Source of the DNA: Octopus sinensis
Lineage: Eukaryota
DNA: 64,000 bases
Direction of reading: 5' to 3'
Assembly: GCF_006345805.1 (NCBI RefSeq)
Contig: NC_043020.1
Location: 10,602,001 to 10,666,000 of the forward strand
The notes under the pieces are model-generated. The model did not search any database. It saw nothing but the letters and a program-made list of their open reading frames with translations, and was not told the DNA's origin. Shown here piece by piece: positions 39,477 to 52,706 of this stretch. Numbering within the stretch: the first letter of the stretch is position 1; every line of letters starts with the position of its first letter. Position numbers and translations under genes: made by a program.

Positions 39477-41305
39477 AAACTATATAAGATGTTTTTGGTA
39501 CCGTTCAACACTATGTAAGATTTTTCCCAGCATGTTAACAATTCTGTCAGCTTGCTACGTAAATAATAATAATAATAATAAAATAATAATGATGATAATA
39601 ATAATAATAATAATGATAATAATAATAATATAATGATAATAATATAATGATAATATAATAATAATAATGTAATAATAATAAAAATAAAACTATAATAAGA
39701 TGTTTTTGGTACCGTTCAACACTATGTAAGATTTTTCCCAGCATGTTAACAATTCTGTCAGCTTGCTACGTAAATAATAATAATAATAATAATAATATGA
39801 TAATAATAATAATGATGATAATAATAATAATAAAGATAATAATAATAATAATAATGATAATAATAATAATGATAATAATAATAATAATAATGATAATAAT
39901 AATAAAAATAAAACTATAATAAGATGTTTTTGGTACCGTTCAACACTATGTAAGATTTTTCCCAGCATGTTAACAATTCTGTCAGCTTGCTACGTAAATA
40001 ATAATAATAATAATGATAATAAATGATAATAATAATAATGATGATAATAATAATAATAATATAATAATAATAATGATAATAAATGAATAATAATAATGAT
40101 AATAATAATAATATAATGATAATAATAATAAAAATAAAACTATAAGATGTTTTTGGTACCGTTCAACACTATGTAAGATTTTTCCCAGCATGTTAACAAT
40201 TCTGTCAGCTTGCTACGTAAATAATAATAAAAATAATAAATGATAATAATAATAATGATGAATAATAATAATAATAATGATATAATAATATAATATGATA
40301 ATAATAATAATGATAATAATAATAAAATAATGATAATAATAATAAAAATAAAACTATAATAAGATGTTTTTGGTACCGTCAACACTATGTAAGATTTTTC
40401 CCAGCATGTTAACAATTCTGTCAGCTTGCTACGTAAATAATAATAATCATAATGATAATAAATGATAATAATAATAATGATGATAATAATAATAATATAA
40501 TGATAATAATAATATAATAATGATAATAATAATAAATGAATGATAATAATAATAATGATAATAATATAATAATAATGATAATAATAATAAAAATAAAACT
40601 ATAATAAGATGTTTTTGGTACCGTTCAACACTATGTAAGATTTTTCCAGCATGTTAACAATTCTGTCAGCTTGCTACGTAAATAATAATAATAATAATGA
40701 TAATAAAGATAATAATATAATATGATGATATAATAATAATAATAAATGATAATATAATAAGAATAATGAATAATAATAATGATAATAAAATAATAATAAT
40801 GATAATAATAATAAAAATAAAACTATAATAAGATTGTTTTGGTACCGTTCAACACTATGTAAGATTTTTCCCACATTTTTAACAATTCTGTCTGTCAGCT
40901 TGCTACGTAAATAATAATAATAATAATGATAATAAATGAATAATAATAAGACTGATGATAATAATATTATAATAAATGATAATAATAATAATAATATGAT
41001 AATAATAATGCTATAATAATAATAATAATGATAATAATAATAAAAATAAAACTATAATAAGATGTTTTTGGTACCGTTCAACACTATGTAAGATTTTTCC
41101 CAGCATGTTAACAATTCTGTCAGCTTGCTACGTAAATAATAATAATAATAATGATAATAAATGATAATAATAATAATGATGATAATAATAATAATAAATG
41201 ATAATAATAATGATAATAATGATAATAATAATAATAATAATGATAATAATAATAAAAATAAAACTATAATAAGATGTTTTTGGTACCACTCAACATTATG
41301 TAAGA
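39477..41305. repeat. Array of ~8 full plus 1 partial ~85-bp conserved units separated by variable (AAT)n spacers
   Basis: aaactataataagatgtttttggtaccgttcaacactatgtaagatttttcccagcatgttaacaattctgtcagcttgctacgta recurs about every 210-245 bp. Confidence 0.95.
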
Positions 41306-41351
41306 TAAAATTGATTACATATTAACATTTGTCTCTTCAATTATTTTCCAG

Positions 41352-41372
41352 ACTATGGGTACATTATTATAA
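41352..41372 (+). CDS. dachs: Probable terminal coding exon of the myosin (TMGTLL*)
   Basis: Pyrimidine tract plus ttttccAG, phase 0, TAA stop, and AATAAA at about 41466 and 41528. Too short for homology support. Confidence 0.55.
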   Translation, partial: TMGTLL

Positions 41373-42252
41373 ATCAACTACTTATACAAGTGGGAGACGT
41401 ATGAACCAACAACAGATATTGTATGAGATTGCTCAATTCACTAGACACAACATTCTACTGCCTCAAATAAAGATATGCAAAATAACAAGGTTGTTGCTGG
41501 TATACTTTCAATCAAAGTTCTCTACTCAATAAAAAAGGACCAGGAATTGAACAACTTCAGAAAGTAACAGAACACAGTAAAGAAAATGGTATTTTTTCTT
41601 TTAAGTATATTTTAAAGTTTTAATTCATTCAATACAAAATTACACAAGAAAGTTGGTCAGACGTCTTAGATTTCACTTTTAATTTTTTAAAATCTATTTT
41701 GTGCCAAATAATGTGGCATTCAAAGAGTTTTTGGGTGTTGTTAGTAAGACTAGAAACATTTTTGAAAGACAGAAAATAGGTTTAATACAAGTTGTGAAAC
41801 ATAAGTGATGAAAACTGCAATGAGTAACTTTGTGCTGAGTCAGGGTCCCTCTGCATTGGTTGAAGACAAAATGAAATGATACGAACAATTAACTAAATAT
41901 ACTCTATTTTGAAACTAACTAAATTTATATTTTAAATTGTTATATATCATTAAGTGCACTGGACAAAATACTTAGAATGTAGTGACAGGCAAAACACTGC
42001 TGAGTTCAAATTCCGCTGAGGTTGACTTTGCCTTTCATCCTATTGGACTTGATAAATTAAGCACCAGTGAAACACTGGGGTCGATATAATCGAGTAAACT
42101 CTGCCCCACAAATTTGAGGCCTTGTGCCTCCATTAGAAAAGATTATCAACCCATGCTAGCATGGAAAGCAGACGCTAAATGATGATGATGATGATGATTA
42201 TTATTATTATGTGTGTGTGTGTGTGGTAAGAAGTTATATACACACATATAAT

Positions 42253-42299
<47 letters not shown>

Positions 42300-43687
42300 G
42301 ATTATGATGATGATTATTATTATTATTATTATGTGTGTGTGTGTGTGGTAAGAAGTTTGCTTCCCAACCACATGGTTCTGGGTTCAATCCCACAGAATGG
42401 CACCTTGAGCAAATGTCTTCTACTATAGCCTTGGACAGACCAGAGCCTTGCAAGTGGATTTGGTAGGTGGAAACTGAAAGAAGCTTGTTTTTGTGTGTCT
42501 CCTTCATCATCATCATCATCGTTTAACGTCCGCCTTCCATGCTAGCACGGGTTGCACGATTTTGACTGAGGGTTGGCGAGCCAGGAGGCTGCACCAGGCT
42601 CCAATCTTGATCTGGCAGAGTTTCTACAGCTGGATGCCCTTCCTAACGCCAACCACTCCGAGAGTGTAGTGGGTGCTTTTTACGTACCACCAGCACGGGG
42701 GCCAGTCAGGCGGTACTGGCAATGACCTCACTCAAATCTTTTTACACATGCCAGTGAAGCGACGTTGGTAACGATCACGCTCGAATGGTGCCCTTGTACG
42801 TGCCATGGGTACGGAAGGCAGGTGGCTGCTCTGGCAACGATCACGCTCGGATGGTGCTCTTGGCACCCTACTAGCATATACATACATACATATATATACA
42901 TATACATAAATATATATACATATACATAAATATATATATACATATATATATACATACATACATACACATACATACATACACATACATACAGATATTATAC
43001 ATACATATATATATAACATATATATATACATACATTATACATATAATAAACATACAGATATATATACATACATATATATATACATACATATATACATATA
43101 TACATACATACATATATACATACATAGATATACATACATATATACATACGTACATAAATACATATATACATACGTATGTATGTATGTATATATATATGTA
43201 TGTCACAAAATGTGACCTTGTGTGTAACGTTGGCGATTTTTTTTCCTCCGTCTTCCCTTCTTTGGATCTTTCCTTCTATGTTTCCGACGAAGAGCTCCAC
43301 TCAAAACGTTAAACTCTCCTTCTTTCCTGAGCGTCCAATAATACTATATTTGTTCCACGTCCTCGCGTTTTCATGTTTGGATTAACTTTATATATACACA
43401 CACACACATATACATATATATACATATTACATACCATAAACATATATCCACTGAAGTATACAGATATATACGTATATACACTCACGCACATATACATAAA
43501 TATACATGTATACATATATATTGATATATTCTTACCCAAAGCCACAGTTCCATATATACAGTCTTACCTAATATATATACACAAACATATACATTTATGT
43601 CTACAATTGAAAAAATAAACTAATTATAAGTTAAATAATTATAAATACGCAACACGTTCATTAAATAAATAAACAAGAACTTACGCG

Positions 43688-44482
43688 AACCTATCAAACT
43701 AATGTAATTAATAACCAATCATTGAAATAGATTTAAGTATCTCATATTTTGTATAAGTAGTATTACTGGCCTCGTGGCCCAGTGGATAAGGGTGGTTGGT
43801 GACAAACAAGACTGTGGGGGTAGATAGAGGTTTCAGTCTCAGGTAGGGAATGTGATATGATTTTATTTTTTCTTTAAATGGAGAAGGGGGGTAAAAAAAA
43901 AAAAAACTGAATATTTTCACAAGGATTGAACCTTTGTCCAAGGGGTATATGTATTGCTGTGTCCATGTCTTTACCCTCAAGACCATTGAGACAACAACAA
44001 TTACTAGTTTGAAAATAATATATTTAAACCTATCAAACTAATGTAATCAATAACCAATCATTAAAATAGATTCAAGTATCTCATTTTTACTATAAGTAGT
44101 ATTACTGGCCTTATGGGCCAGTGGATAAGGGGGGTTGGTTACAAACTAGACAGTGGGGTAGATGGATGGAGGGTTCAGTCTCGGGTAGGGACTGTGATAT
44201 GATTTTATTTTTTCTATAAATTGAGAAGGGGGGGGAAAAAAAAAAAAAAACTCTGGCTACTTTCACAAAGATTGAACCTTTGTTATAGAGGTTCATGTGT
44301 TGTTGTGTCCATGACTTTACCCACAAGACCATTGAGACAACAGGTAATAAGCTAGTGTGAAAATGATGTATTTAAACCTATCGGAAAAAAAAAAAAAATA
44401 CAATGAGTATGGGCCAAGATTGATCCTTTGTCCAAGGGGTATATGTGTTGATATGTCTGTACCCACAGGACCATTGAGACAA
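43688..44482. repeat. Diverged ~340-bp tandem repeat (2 full plus 1 partial) between the two genes
   Basis: aacctatcaaactaatgtaat...gaccattgagacaa is repeated. Confidence 0.85.
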
Positions 44483-45559
44483 TACAAGTACCAACAATTT
44501 AACCGCTTTGAAAGTCTAACAGATCTGTCATTTTAATGAATTTTAATTACCTTTTTCTGATGATATCTGAAAAGAAACATTAATAAATTTTTATATATTT
44601 TTTATGTATATATTTTTTAAACGTGTATAGCTATCAAAAGGTGTTGAAAAGTTTAATATAAGACAAAAAGTAAAATCACTACGTACGTTTCATGCCCTAA
44701 TTCGAATTACATGTATGTATGTATATATTTGTATGTGTGTATATGTATGTATGTATGTATGTATATGTCTGCACTGATATACACATTTGTGTATACATAT
44801 ATATATGTCTATACATATATACGTGTGTACATGTATACATATATACATACACATAGATATACATACACATATACATATATATACATACACATAGATATAC
44901 ATACATATGTATACATATATATATATACATATAACCCTAACCCTAACAAGGACAGACAACGGGATTAAGTCGATTAGATCGACCCCAGTGCATAACTGAT
45001 ACATAATTTATTGACCCCGAAAGGATGAAAGGCAAACTCAACCTCGGCGGAATTTGAACTCAGAACGAAACGGCAGACGAAATACAGCTACGCATTTCAC
45101 CTGCTCTAAACGGATTAAGTCGATTATCTCGACCCCAGTGCGTAACTGGTACATAATTTATTGACCCCGAAATGATGAAAGGCAAAGTCGACCTCAGCGG
45201 AATTTGAACTCAGAACGTAACGGCAAACAAAATACGGCTATGCATTTCGTCTGGCGTGCTAATGTTTCTGCCAGCTCGCCGCCTAATGATGACGATTTAG
45301 GCACAAGGCCAGAAATTAGTGAAAACCATCAACCCAAGTTTATGACTGGTACTTTATTTATTTATTTTTTTCAACAAAAGGCAAAACTGACCTCAGAACA
45401 CAAACAGTTGGAACAAATATTGCAAGGTATTTCATCTGATGCTCTACCAATTCTGACAATCACCTCAAGAATCAGTTCCTGTCTTTAAAAAATTACAACA
45501 AATGTCTCTTTAATATGAATAAATAATCTATGTGAATGGAAATATTCATACACACATAC

Positions 45560-45634
45560 ACATTTCAATTAATATACATTATTTTGTACAGATAACTAAA
45601 CTATATCACCTCTGCTGAAGTTACAAACAAGGTT

Positions 45635-45668
<34 letters not shown>

Positions 45669-45780
45669 ATATATATATACATATACATGTGTGTATGTAT
45701 ATGTATACACACACACACACACATTTCAATTAATATACATTATTTTGTACAGATAACTAAACTATATCAAACAACAAGGT

Positions 45781-45816
<36 letters not shown>

Positions 45817-46328
45817 TATATGAAAAAATAAGTCAAGATAGAAAATGCTAAGATAATTTTATAGTGAATCTTTCAGTACCGGTTTCGGTAATTTTGAGAC
45901 CTTTTCAACTGTAACGATTAAATAATTAAATTTAGAAAAATTAAAAGAAAAGTTTTTTTAAAGGGATATTTGTATAGTGTTCAAATATAAGTGGCATTCT
46001 GCCTTTCTCTGTCTCTCTTGTTTGCACTTGTGTGTTCGAGGTCATATATAACCACAATGACCCCGAACACACAAGTGCAAACAAGAGAGACAGAGAAAGG
46101 CAGAAAGAATGAAAATGCCACTTATATTTGAACACTATACAAATATCCCTTTAAAAAAACTTTTCTTTTAATTTTTCTAAATTTAATCATTTAATCGTTA
46201 CAGTTGAAAAGGTCTCAAAATGACCGAAACCGGTACTGAAATGTTCTTTATAAAATTATTTTAGCATTTTCTATCTAGACTTATTTTTTCATACATATCA
46301 ACTCGTGTGTTCCTTTTCACCCTTATAC

Positions 46329-46367
<39 letters not shown>

Positions 46368-46440
46368 TTTCAATTAATATACATTATTTTGTACAGATAA
46401 CTAAACTATATCACCTCTGCTGAAGTTACAAACAACAAGT

Positions 46441-46478
<38 letters not shown>

Positions 46479-46667
46479 TTTCAATTAATATACATTATTT
46501 AGTACAGACAACTAAACTATATCACCTCTGGTGAAGTTACAAACAACAACGTTTTATATATATATATATTCATACATACACACACACACACACATTTCAA
46601 TTAATACACATTATTTCGTACAGACAACTGAACTATATCACCTTTGTGGAAGCTACAAACAGCAAGG
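45560..46667. repeat. Five copies of a ~75-bp unit that includes the TONSL-like stop codon
   Basis: catttcaattaatatacattattttgtacagataactaaactatatcacc at about 45560, 45721, 46365, 46476 and 46592. Confidence 0.92.
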
Positions 46668-46964
46668 TCCCCCCAATGTCCACACCAAACTTGCTTTAAG
46701 CTGTTTTGGTCAACAGTGTCCAATTTTACGCAGCTGAAATGCAATTTCACCAACGGGATGGTTGCTGACAGCTTGTTACCCAAGCTGTCGAGAAAGTCTG
46801 ACGTGAGGGGGCTGGAGATTCCACAGTCTATCATAACAATCTGTTCGAGGGCACAGTCAGCATTGCTGGAAGCATTCTGTAGAAGCTGTAATAAAATAGG
46901 TTGCTCGAACTGGGGGTTGCTTGAGAGATCCAGGGTCTGTAACCGTGTGGCAAAGTATGGCAGA
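46601..46964 (-). CDS. TONSL: Terminal exon of TONSL-like LRR protein (LPYFATRLQTLDLSSNPQF...VQLSVRNNVY*)
   Basis: ttttccAG acceptor in phase 2. LxxLDLSxNP...CGI..PL...D matches the TONSL C-terminal LRRs as recalled. Confidence 0.8.
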
Positions 46965-48147
46965 CTGGAAAACAAGAAAAACAAAAACAAAAAAACATAC
47001 ATAAACATCAGAAGAAGAAATATGTTGCAACAAAAGTTCAATTAATAATTGTTAATAATTTAGGTCCAATGACAGCTATTGGAGGAGGTGGGTTTTTTTT
47101 CGTCCTTTTCAAGCCTATCCAGGCTCATGGGCCCCAGTTTCCCGGTTTCTATGGCGTATGTGTTCCCCCTAGCTGGACGGGACACCAGTCCATCACAGCG
47201 TTACTCAAGAAACAGGAAGGTAGAGTGAGAGAAAGTTGTGGTGAAAGAGTACAGCAGGGATCACCACCATCCCTGCTGGAGCCTCATGGAGCTTTGGGTG
47301 TTTTCGCTCAATAAACACACACACCACCCAGTCTGGGAATCGAAACCACATAGTTCTTAGGGAGAATCCACACGACACAGAGTGTGACAAGGTTGGCCCT
47401 TTGAAATACAGATACTACTCATTTCTGCCAGCTAAGTGGACTGGAGCAATGTGAAATAAAGTGTCTTGCTCAAGGACACAGCATGTCACCAAGGATTGAA
47501 CTCATGACCTTACAATCGAGAGCCAAATATCCTAACGGCTAAGCTACATGCTGTCACGCCTACACACACACACACACACGTATAAGCACAATTAAAGGTT
47601 ATAAACCTCATTCAGGGATAGCAAAATCCTATGAAAGTACTAGTTAATGACCTATAGAAAGAGTAATGAACATTCAGTTTAATACTCCACTATCTCTCTC
47701 TCTCTTTTACTTGTTTCAGTCATTTGACTGTGGCCATGCTGGAGCACTGCCTTTAGTCGAGGAAATTGACCCCAGCACTTATTTTTTGTAAGCCTAGTAC
47801 TTATTCTATCGGTCTCTTTTGCCGAACCGCTAAGTTACGGGGGCGTAAACACACCAGCATCGGTTGTCAAGCAATGTTGGGGGGGGGTCAAACACAGACA
47901 CACATATATATATACATATATACGACGGGCTTCTTTTAGTTTCCATCTACCAAATCCACTCACAAGCCTTTGGTCGGCCCGAGGCTATAGTAGAAGACAC
48001 TTGCCCAAGGTGCCACGCAGTTGGGACTGAACCCGGAACCATGTGGTTTGTAAGCAAGCTACTTACCACACAACCACTCCAATGCCTATAGTTACACTGC
48101 AAGGAAGAGGGGAGAAGAGCTGTAAGAAATGCTAACAAAAGACTTAC

Positions 48148-48224
48148 CGTACTAAAAGGTTGCCATCTTCCAAACTAAGATCACAGCCTGCGAGAGAGAG
48201 TTTCTGCAGTTTTGGTTCTTCGCA
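48148..48224 (-). CDS. TONSL: TONSL-like exon (CEEPKLQKLSLAGCDLSLEDGNLLV)
   Basis: ttttccAG/GTaagt. LxxLxLxxCxL repeat. Phases 0 to 2 join both neighbours in frame. Confidence 0.82.
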
Positions 48225-48387
48225 CTGGAAAACAGGTAAACATAGGTAAACGTGTATCTGTATGATGATATACTTGAATACATGCATATACATACACATA
48301 CGCACGCTCAATCACTTGTACATCTCCTGGCCTGGCCAGCTCCTGTCAAATTGTCATACCCATGCCAGCATGGAAAACATACATTAA

Positions 48388-48609
48388 CCCTTTTGATACC
48401 AACCCGGCCAAAACCGCCTCTGGCTCTGTAGTACAAATGTCTTGTTTTCATAAGTTTTGGATTAAAATCTTCCACCAAACCTCAGTCACAATTTATGCTC
48501 CCAATACTAGCTTAATGATAACAAAGTTCTTTTACTAAATTCTTTGTTATATTTAAAATAATTTGAATGAAACACAGAGCATCTCAAAATAAATACGGTA
48601 ATGAAAGGG
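48388..48609. mobile_element. TTAA-flanked (piggyBac-type) MITE. Inverted sister copy at 54256-54475
   Basis: TTAA|CCCTTT...AAAGGG|TTAA termini, and two copies in the window. Confidence 0.85.
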
Positions 48610-48613
48610 TTAA

Positions 48614-49356
48614 CCCTTTAGTGTTCGCATTATTCTGCCAAAATTAATCCTTTTTTATCCACATTGTTTTGAACTATAATCATGCATTATCTTGTAGCTT
48701 TGAGATTTTGATGAGGTAGCTGTTAATTTTTAAAAGGATATTGTAGGGTTGGTCTGAGAGACCAGATCTGGCCAGTTTGAACATAGAACAGGCAGAATAC
48801 TTTTGGCCAGATATGGCCAGTTTAAATGCATTATCTTGTAGCTATGAGAATTTGATGAGGTAGCTGTTAATTTTTACAACGATATTGTAGGGTTGGTGTG
48901 AGAGACCAGATCTGGCCAGTTTGAACATAAAACAGGCAGAAAACTTCATCATCATCATTTAGCATCCGTTTAAATGATGATGATGATGATCTGGCCGGAT
49001 CTGGCCAGTTTAAATGCATTATCTTGTAGCTATGAGATTTTGATGAGGTAGCTGTTAATTTTTAAAACGACATTGTAGGGTTGGTGTGAGAGACCAGATG
49101 TGGCCAGTTTGAACATAAAACAGGCAGAAAACTTCATCATCATCATTTAGCATCCGTTTAAATGATGATGATGATGATCTGGCCGGATATGGCCAGTTTA
49201 AATGCATTATCTTGTAGCTATGAGATTTTGATGAGGCAGATGTTAATTTTTAAAACGACATTGTAGGGTTGGTGTGAGAGACCAGATGTGGCCAGTTTGA
49301 ACATAAAACAGGCAGAAAACTTTTGGCCGGATATGGCCGGCTTGAATGCTAAAGGG
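48614..49356. mobile_element. Second TTAA-flanked MITE family with ~4 internal tandem repeats. Relics at about 7255-7370 and 9660-9880
   Basis: TTAA|CCCTTTAG...CTAAAGGG|TTAA. Shares the TTAA at 48610-48613 with the preceding MITE. Confidence 0.8.
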
Positions 49357-49399
49357 TTAAATGATGAAGATCATGATAATGATAATACATATGAAGAAA

Positions 49400-49812
49400 T
49401 TGTCATTATCATCCAATGTGTATAGACATTGTTTAGTCACCTGCAAATTGACGAAACAATTGTAAACCATGGAATAAATGTAATGCTACTCTTCACTTGT
49501 ATATGAACAGACTACTGACACAATCAGAAATTCAGAAACAATTTACAGAAGATGCCAAGTATACTAATTAAAAAAAAAAAACCCCAAAAAACCTACAAAC
49601 TAAAGAAAGAATTTACAATAAAGAAGCAAGTCAATATGTGGTGACTCTCACTGCTGAACGAACGTGATTACATTGAAAAAGGAAAATAAATAAACTTTAA
49701 AAACGTTTTTAAGAAATCAATGCAAATATGAATTGCAAACCAAGAAACCTGATTCCTTGTGCCATTTGTTCAGAATGCAAAGAATACTACATTGGAGAAA
49801 CAGGAATTGGAT
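49400..49812 (+). mobile_element. Decayed PLE GIY-YIG fragment
   Basis: MNCKPRNLIPCAICSECKEYYIGETG. Confidence 0.65.
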
Positions 49813-49845
49813 TATATACAAACACACACATACACATTATATATA

Positions 49846-49887
<42 letters not shown>

Positions 49888-49915
49888 TATTGTATATAAA
49901 TGCAAATATTTATAT

Positions 49916-49949
<34 letters not shown>

Positions 49950-50134
49950 ATATAAATGCAAATATTTATATACAATATATATATGCACAGCCGCAGCTCC
50001 GAACTGAAACTAGAAAAAAACAAAAAAAAAAAAGAAGAAAAAGAACAATACTGAACTTTACAGAAGTTCCTACCGTTAATATATTTATATTTACTACGTG
50101 ATTTGTAGCCTGATCTTACCGTTTTTACCAATAT

Positions 50135-50194
<60 letters not shown>

Positions 50195-51399
50195 TATAAT
50201 ATTAATTAGAGACAAAACCACTATTTTGCAAAACAAACAAGGAAAGACTTAATCAATACATAAAATTTTAATAAAAAGTTAAAAAACTTTTGACTATTTA
50301 TTAAAATTTTATGTATTGATTAAGTCTTTCCTTGTTTGTTTTGCAAAATAGTGGTTTTGTCTCTAATTAATATTATATAATATTTTACTATAAAATTGGA
50401 TTTAATCCTAAATCTGATTTTTCCCCTGTAAATTTGGATTTATTCCCTAATATTTATTATATACATATATATATATAAACACACACATACATATATATAT
50501 TGATAAAAACGGTAAGATAACAAAAGAATGAAAGACACCTTGATATTATGTAAATAGAGGAAATTTATCTGTAAATATAATATGTGACAATTATTCAGTA
50601 GCCAAGATAAAACTCTGAGTTTCGGTAGCCGAGGTGGAAATCCACACCACCATGTCTTCGGTTATCTGGCCATCTAACCAGATGGTTAATCAGAGATGGC
50701 CAGATAACCGAAGAGATGGTGGTGTGGATTTCCACCTCGGCTACCGAATAATTGTCACATATTATTTTACAGACAGACGGACGGACGGACAGATGGATGG
50801 ATGGATGCATGTATGTATGTATATATTATAATAAATTTAATGCCCAATATATGGATATAACTAATCTGATGGTACTCAGAAAAAAAGATCAGGCTACAAA
50901 CCATATAGTAAACCAAAACAAAACAAAAAGGTGTAATGTATAGTCTCATGCAATTGGAATCCAACAAATCCAGTTGGTAGTGATCATTTCATTGCGAGTA
51001 TAGAGAATATAAAGAAGGAGAGGAAGTATAAGGTGAAAATATTTATTTCACCAATTAACATCCATAACTACACCAATTAACATCATTTTGCAGTCTTGAG
51101 CATACAAAAATGATTTATTTTACTGTATAATAACTAAATAAATAAATACAAGCAAAAAGGCTTGCTCATCAGATCGAAGAATATCATGGTTACTTTACTT
51201 TTCTTTCATCATCATTATACATGTATACAAACACAGAATTAACATTGAAAATATTGATATATGGAAAACAATAAATAGCAAAATTAAAATTAAATTACTA
51301 GAGAAGAGAGGTGGAGATTTAGCAAGATGATAAAAAGTAAACAATGGATTACAGTGGTAGAAAAAAAACCCAGTTAAGATATAGATGGAAAATCATATA

Positions 51400-51888
51400 C
51401 CATAAATCCTTGAGTATAGTCCGCCCTTGAGTATAATACGCAGGGGATTTTTTAGGGGGCTGTACCTCTGAAAAACCTAAACTTTGTGTATAATACGCAC
51501 CCCTTCTCTAACTTGAGTTGTGCGTAATTAAGCCAGCAGAACCTAGTCGAACAAACACTTCCGCACATGCGTAATGCAATAATGGTGATGTTCTTAACTG
51601 TTATATGGGATTGTAAATATGTTTGCAAATTGTTTTTGTTACATGTTATTCTGTGTTCTGAATACTTTTATTTTAATAAATGTTGCTTACTGCAAGTTAT
51701 GGATGATTCTTTTATGACTTCATTGCTTTCAGGCTTAGCTTAAGGTATTGTTCGCACCCGACATCACAAAATGCGTCTGAATAAACATATATATATTTTT
51801 AATTTTTAACCTTGTATATAGTACGCACTAGGGATTTTGACCTTTAAATTTTGAGGAAAAAATGCGGATTATACTCGAGGATTTACGC
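51400..51888. mobile_element. Tc1/pogo-type MITE
   Basis: TA TSD and imperfect TIRs ccataaatccttgagtatagtccgc / gcggattatactcgaggatttacgc. Confidence 0.8.
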
Positions 51889-52663
51889 TATCAATTGTTA
51901 ATAACTTAGAAATAGAAACAGTAGAGAGAAAAAAATGAAACTAGAGATATGTTTGTAGATATTTTGTTACATCATCATCGTCATCATCGTTCAATGTCCG
52001 CTTTCCATGCTAGCATGGGATGGATGATTTTGACTGAGGGCTGGCGAACCAGATGGCTGCACCAGGCTCCAATCTTGATCTGGCAGAATTTCTACAACTG
52101 GATGCCCTTCCTAACGCCAACCACTCCGAGAGTGTAGTGGGTGCTTTTTACGTGCCACCGGCACGTAGAAATTAACATGAACGAGGCAAGAAATAAATGA
52201 AAGTAAAAACATTAAGATGAAATACAGGAAGACAGGACATGAGCAATATTAGTAGAGTAGATAGAAGACATTGAAATATATGAGTTAAACTAATAAAAGA
52301 GTGAAGAAAAATATCAGTATGCATTAGTTAGGGTATTGTTTAGAAATATGTAATTATTGGTATAATATAGTTAGATATATAAAAAATGCATACATAGATA
52401 TTTTATAAATTTTGTTAGTATCTACATCCAGAACTACACTAATAGCTTAGGGGTGAAGTTTTCCCAGCTGGTTTGCACAATACGGCAACACCATTGACAT
52501 GTTTTCATTATTTGTTTTTATTTCAGATCCTTCAGTTTTGGGGTTAACCACACTAAGAGCTTTTGAATGAAAATAACCCATCTAGACATTTTTTTCAGAA
52601 AATGAAAGATAATGATACATATTAAGCGTACATCGAGTAAATATTTAACAGAAAACCATAATA

Positions 52664-52706
<43 letters not shown>

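Noticed and set aside
39477-41305. CRISPR-like repeat-spacer appearance
   Set aside because: Eukaryotic intron, ~85-bp repeats, low-complexity (AAT)n spacers and no cas genes.
44932-44947. (TAACCC)2-3 telomere-like repeat
   Set aside because: Too short, and it sits at a SINE/microsatellite junction.
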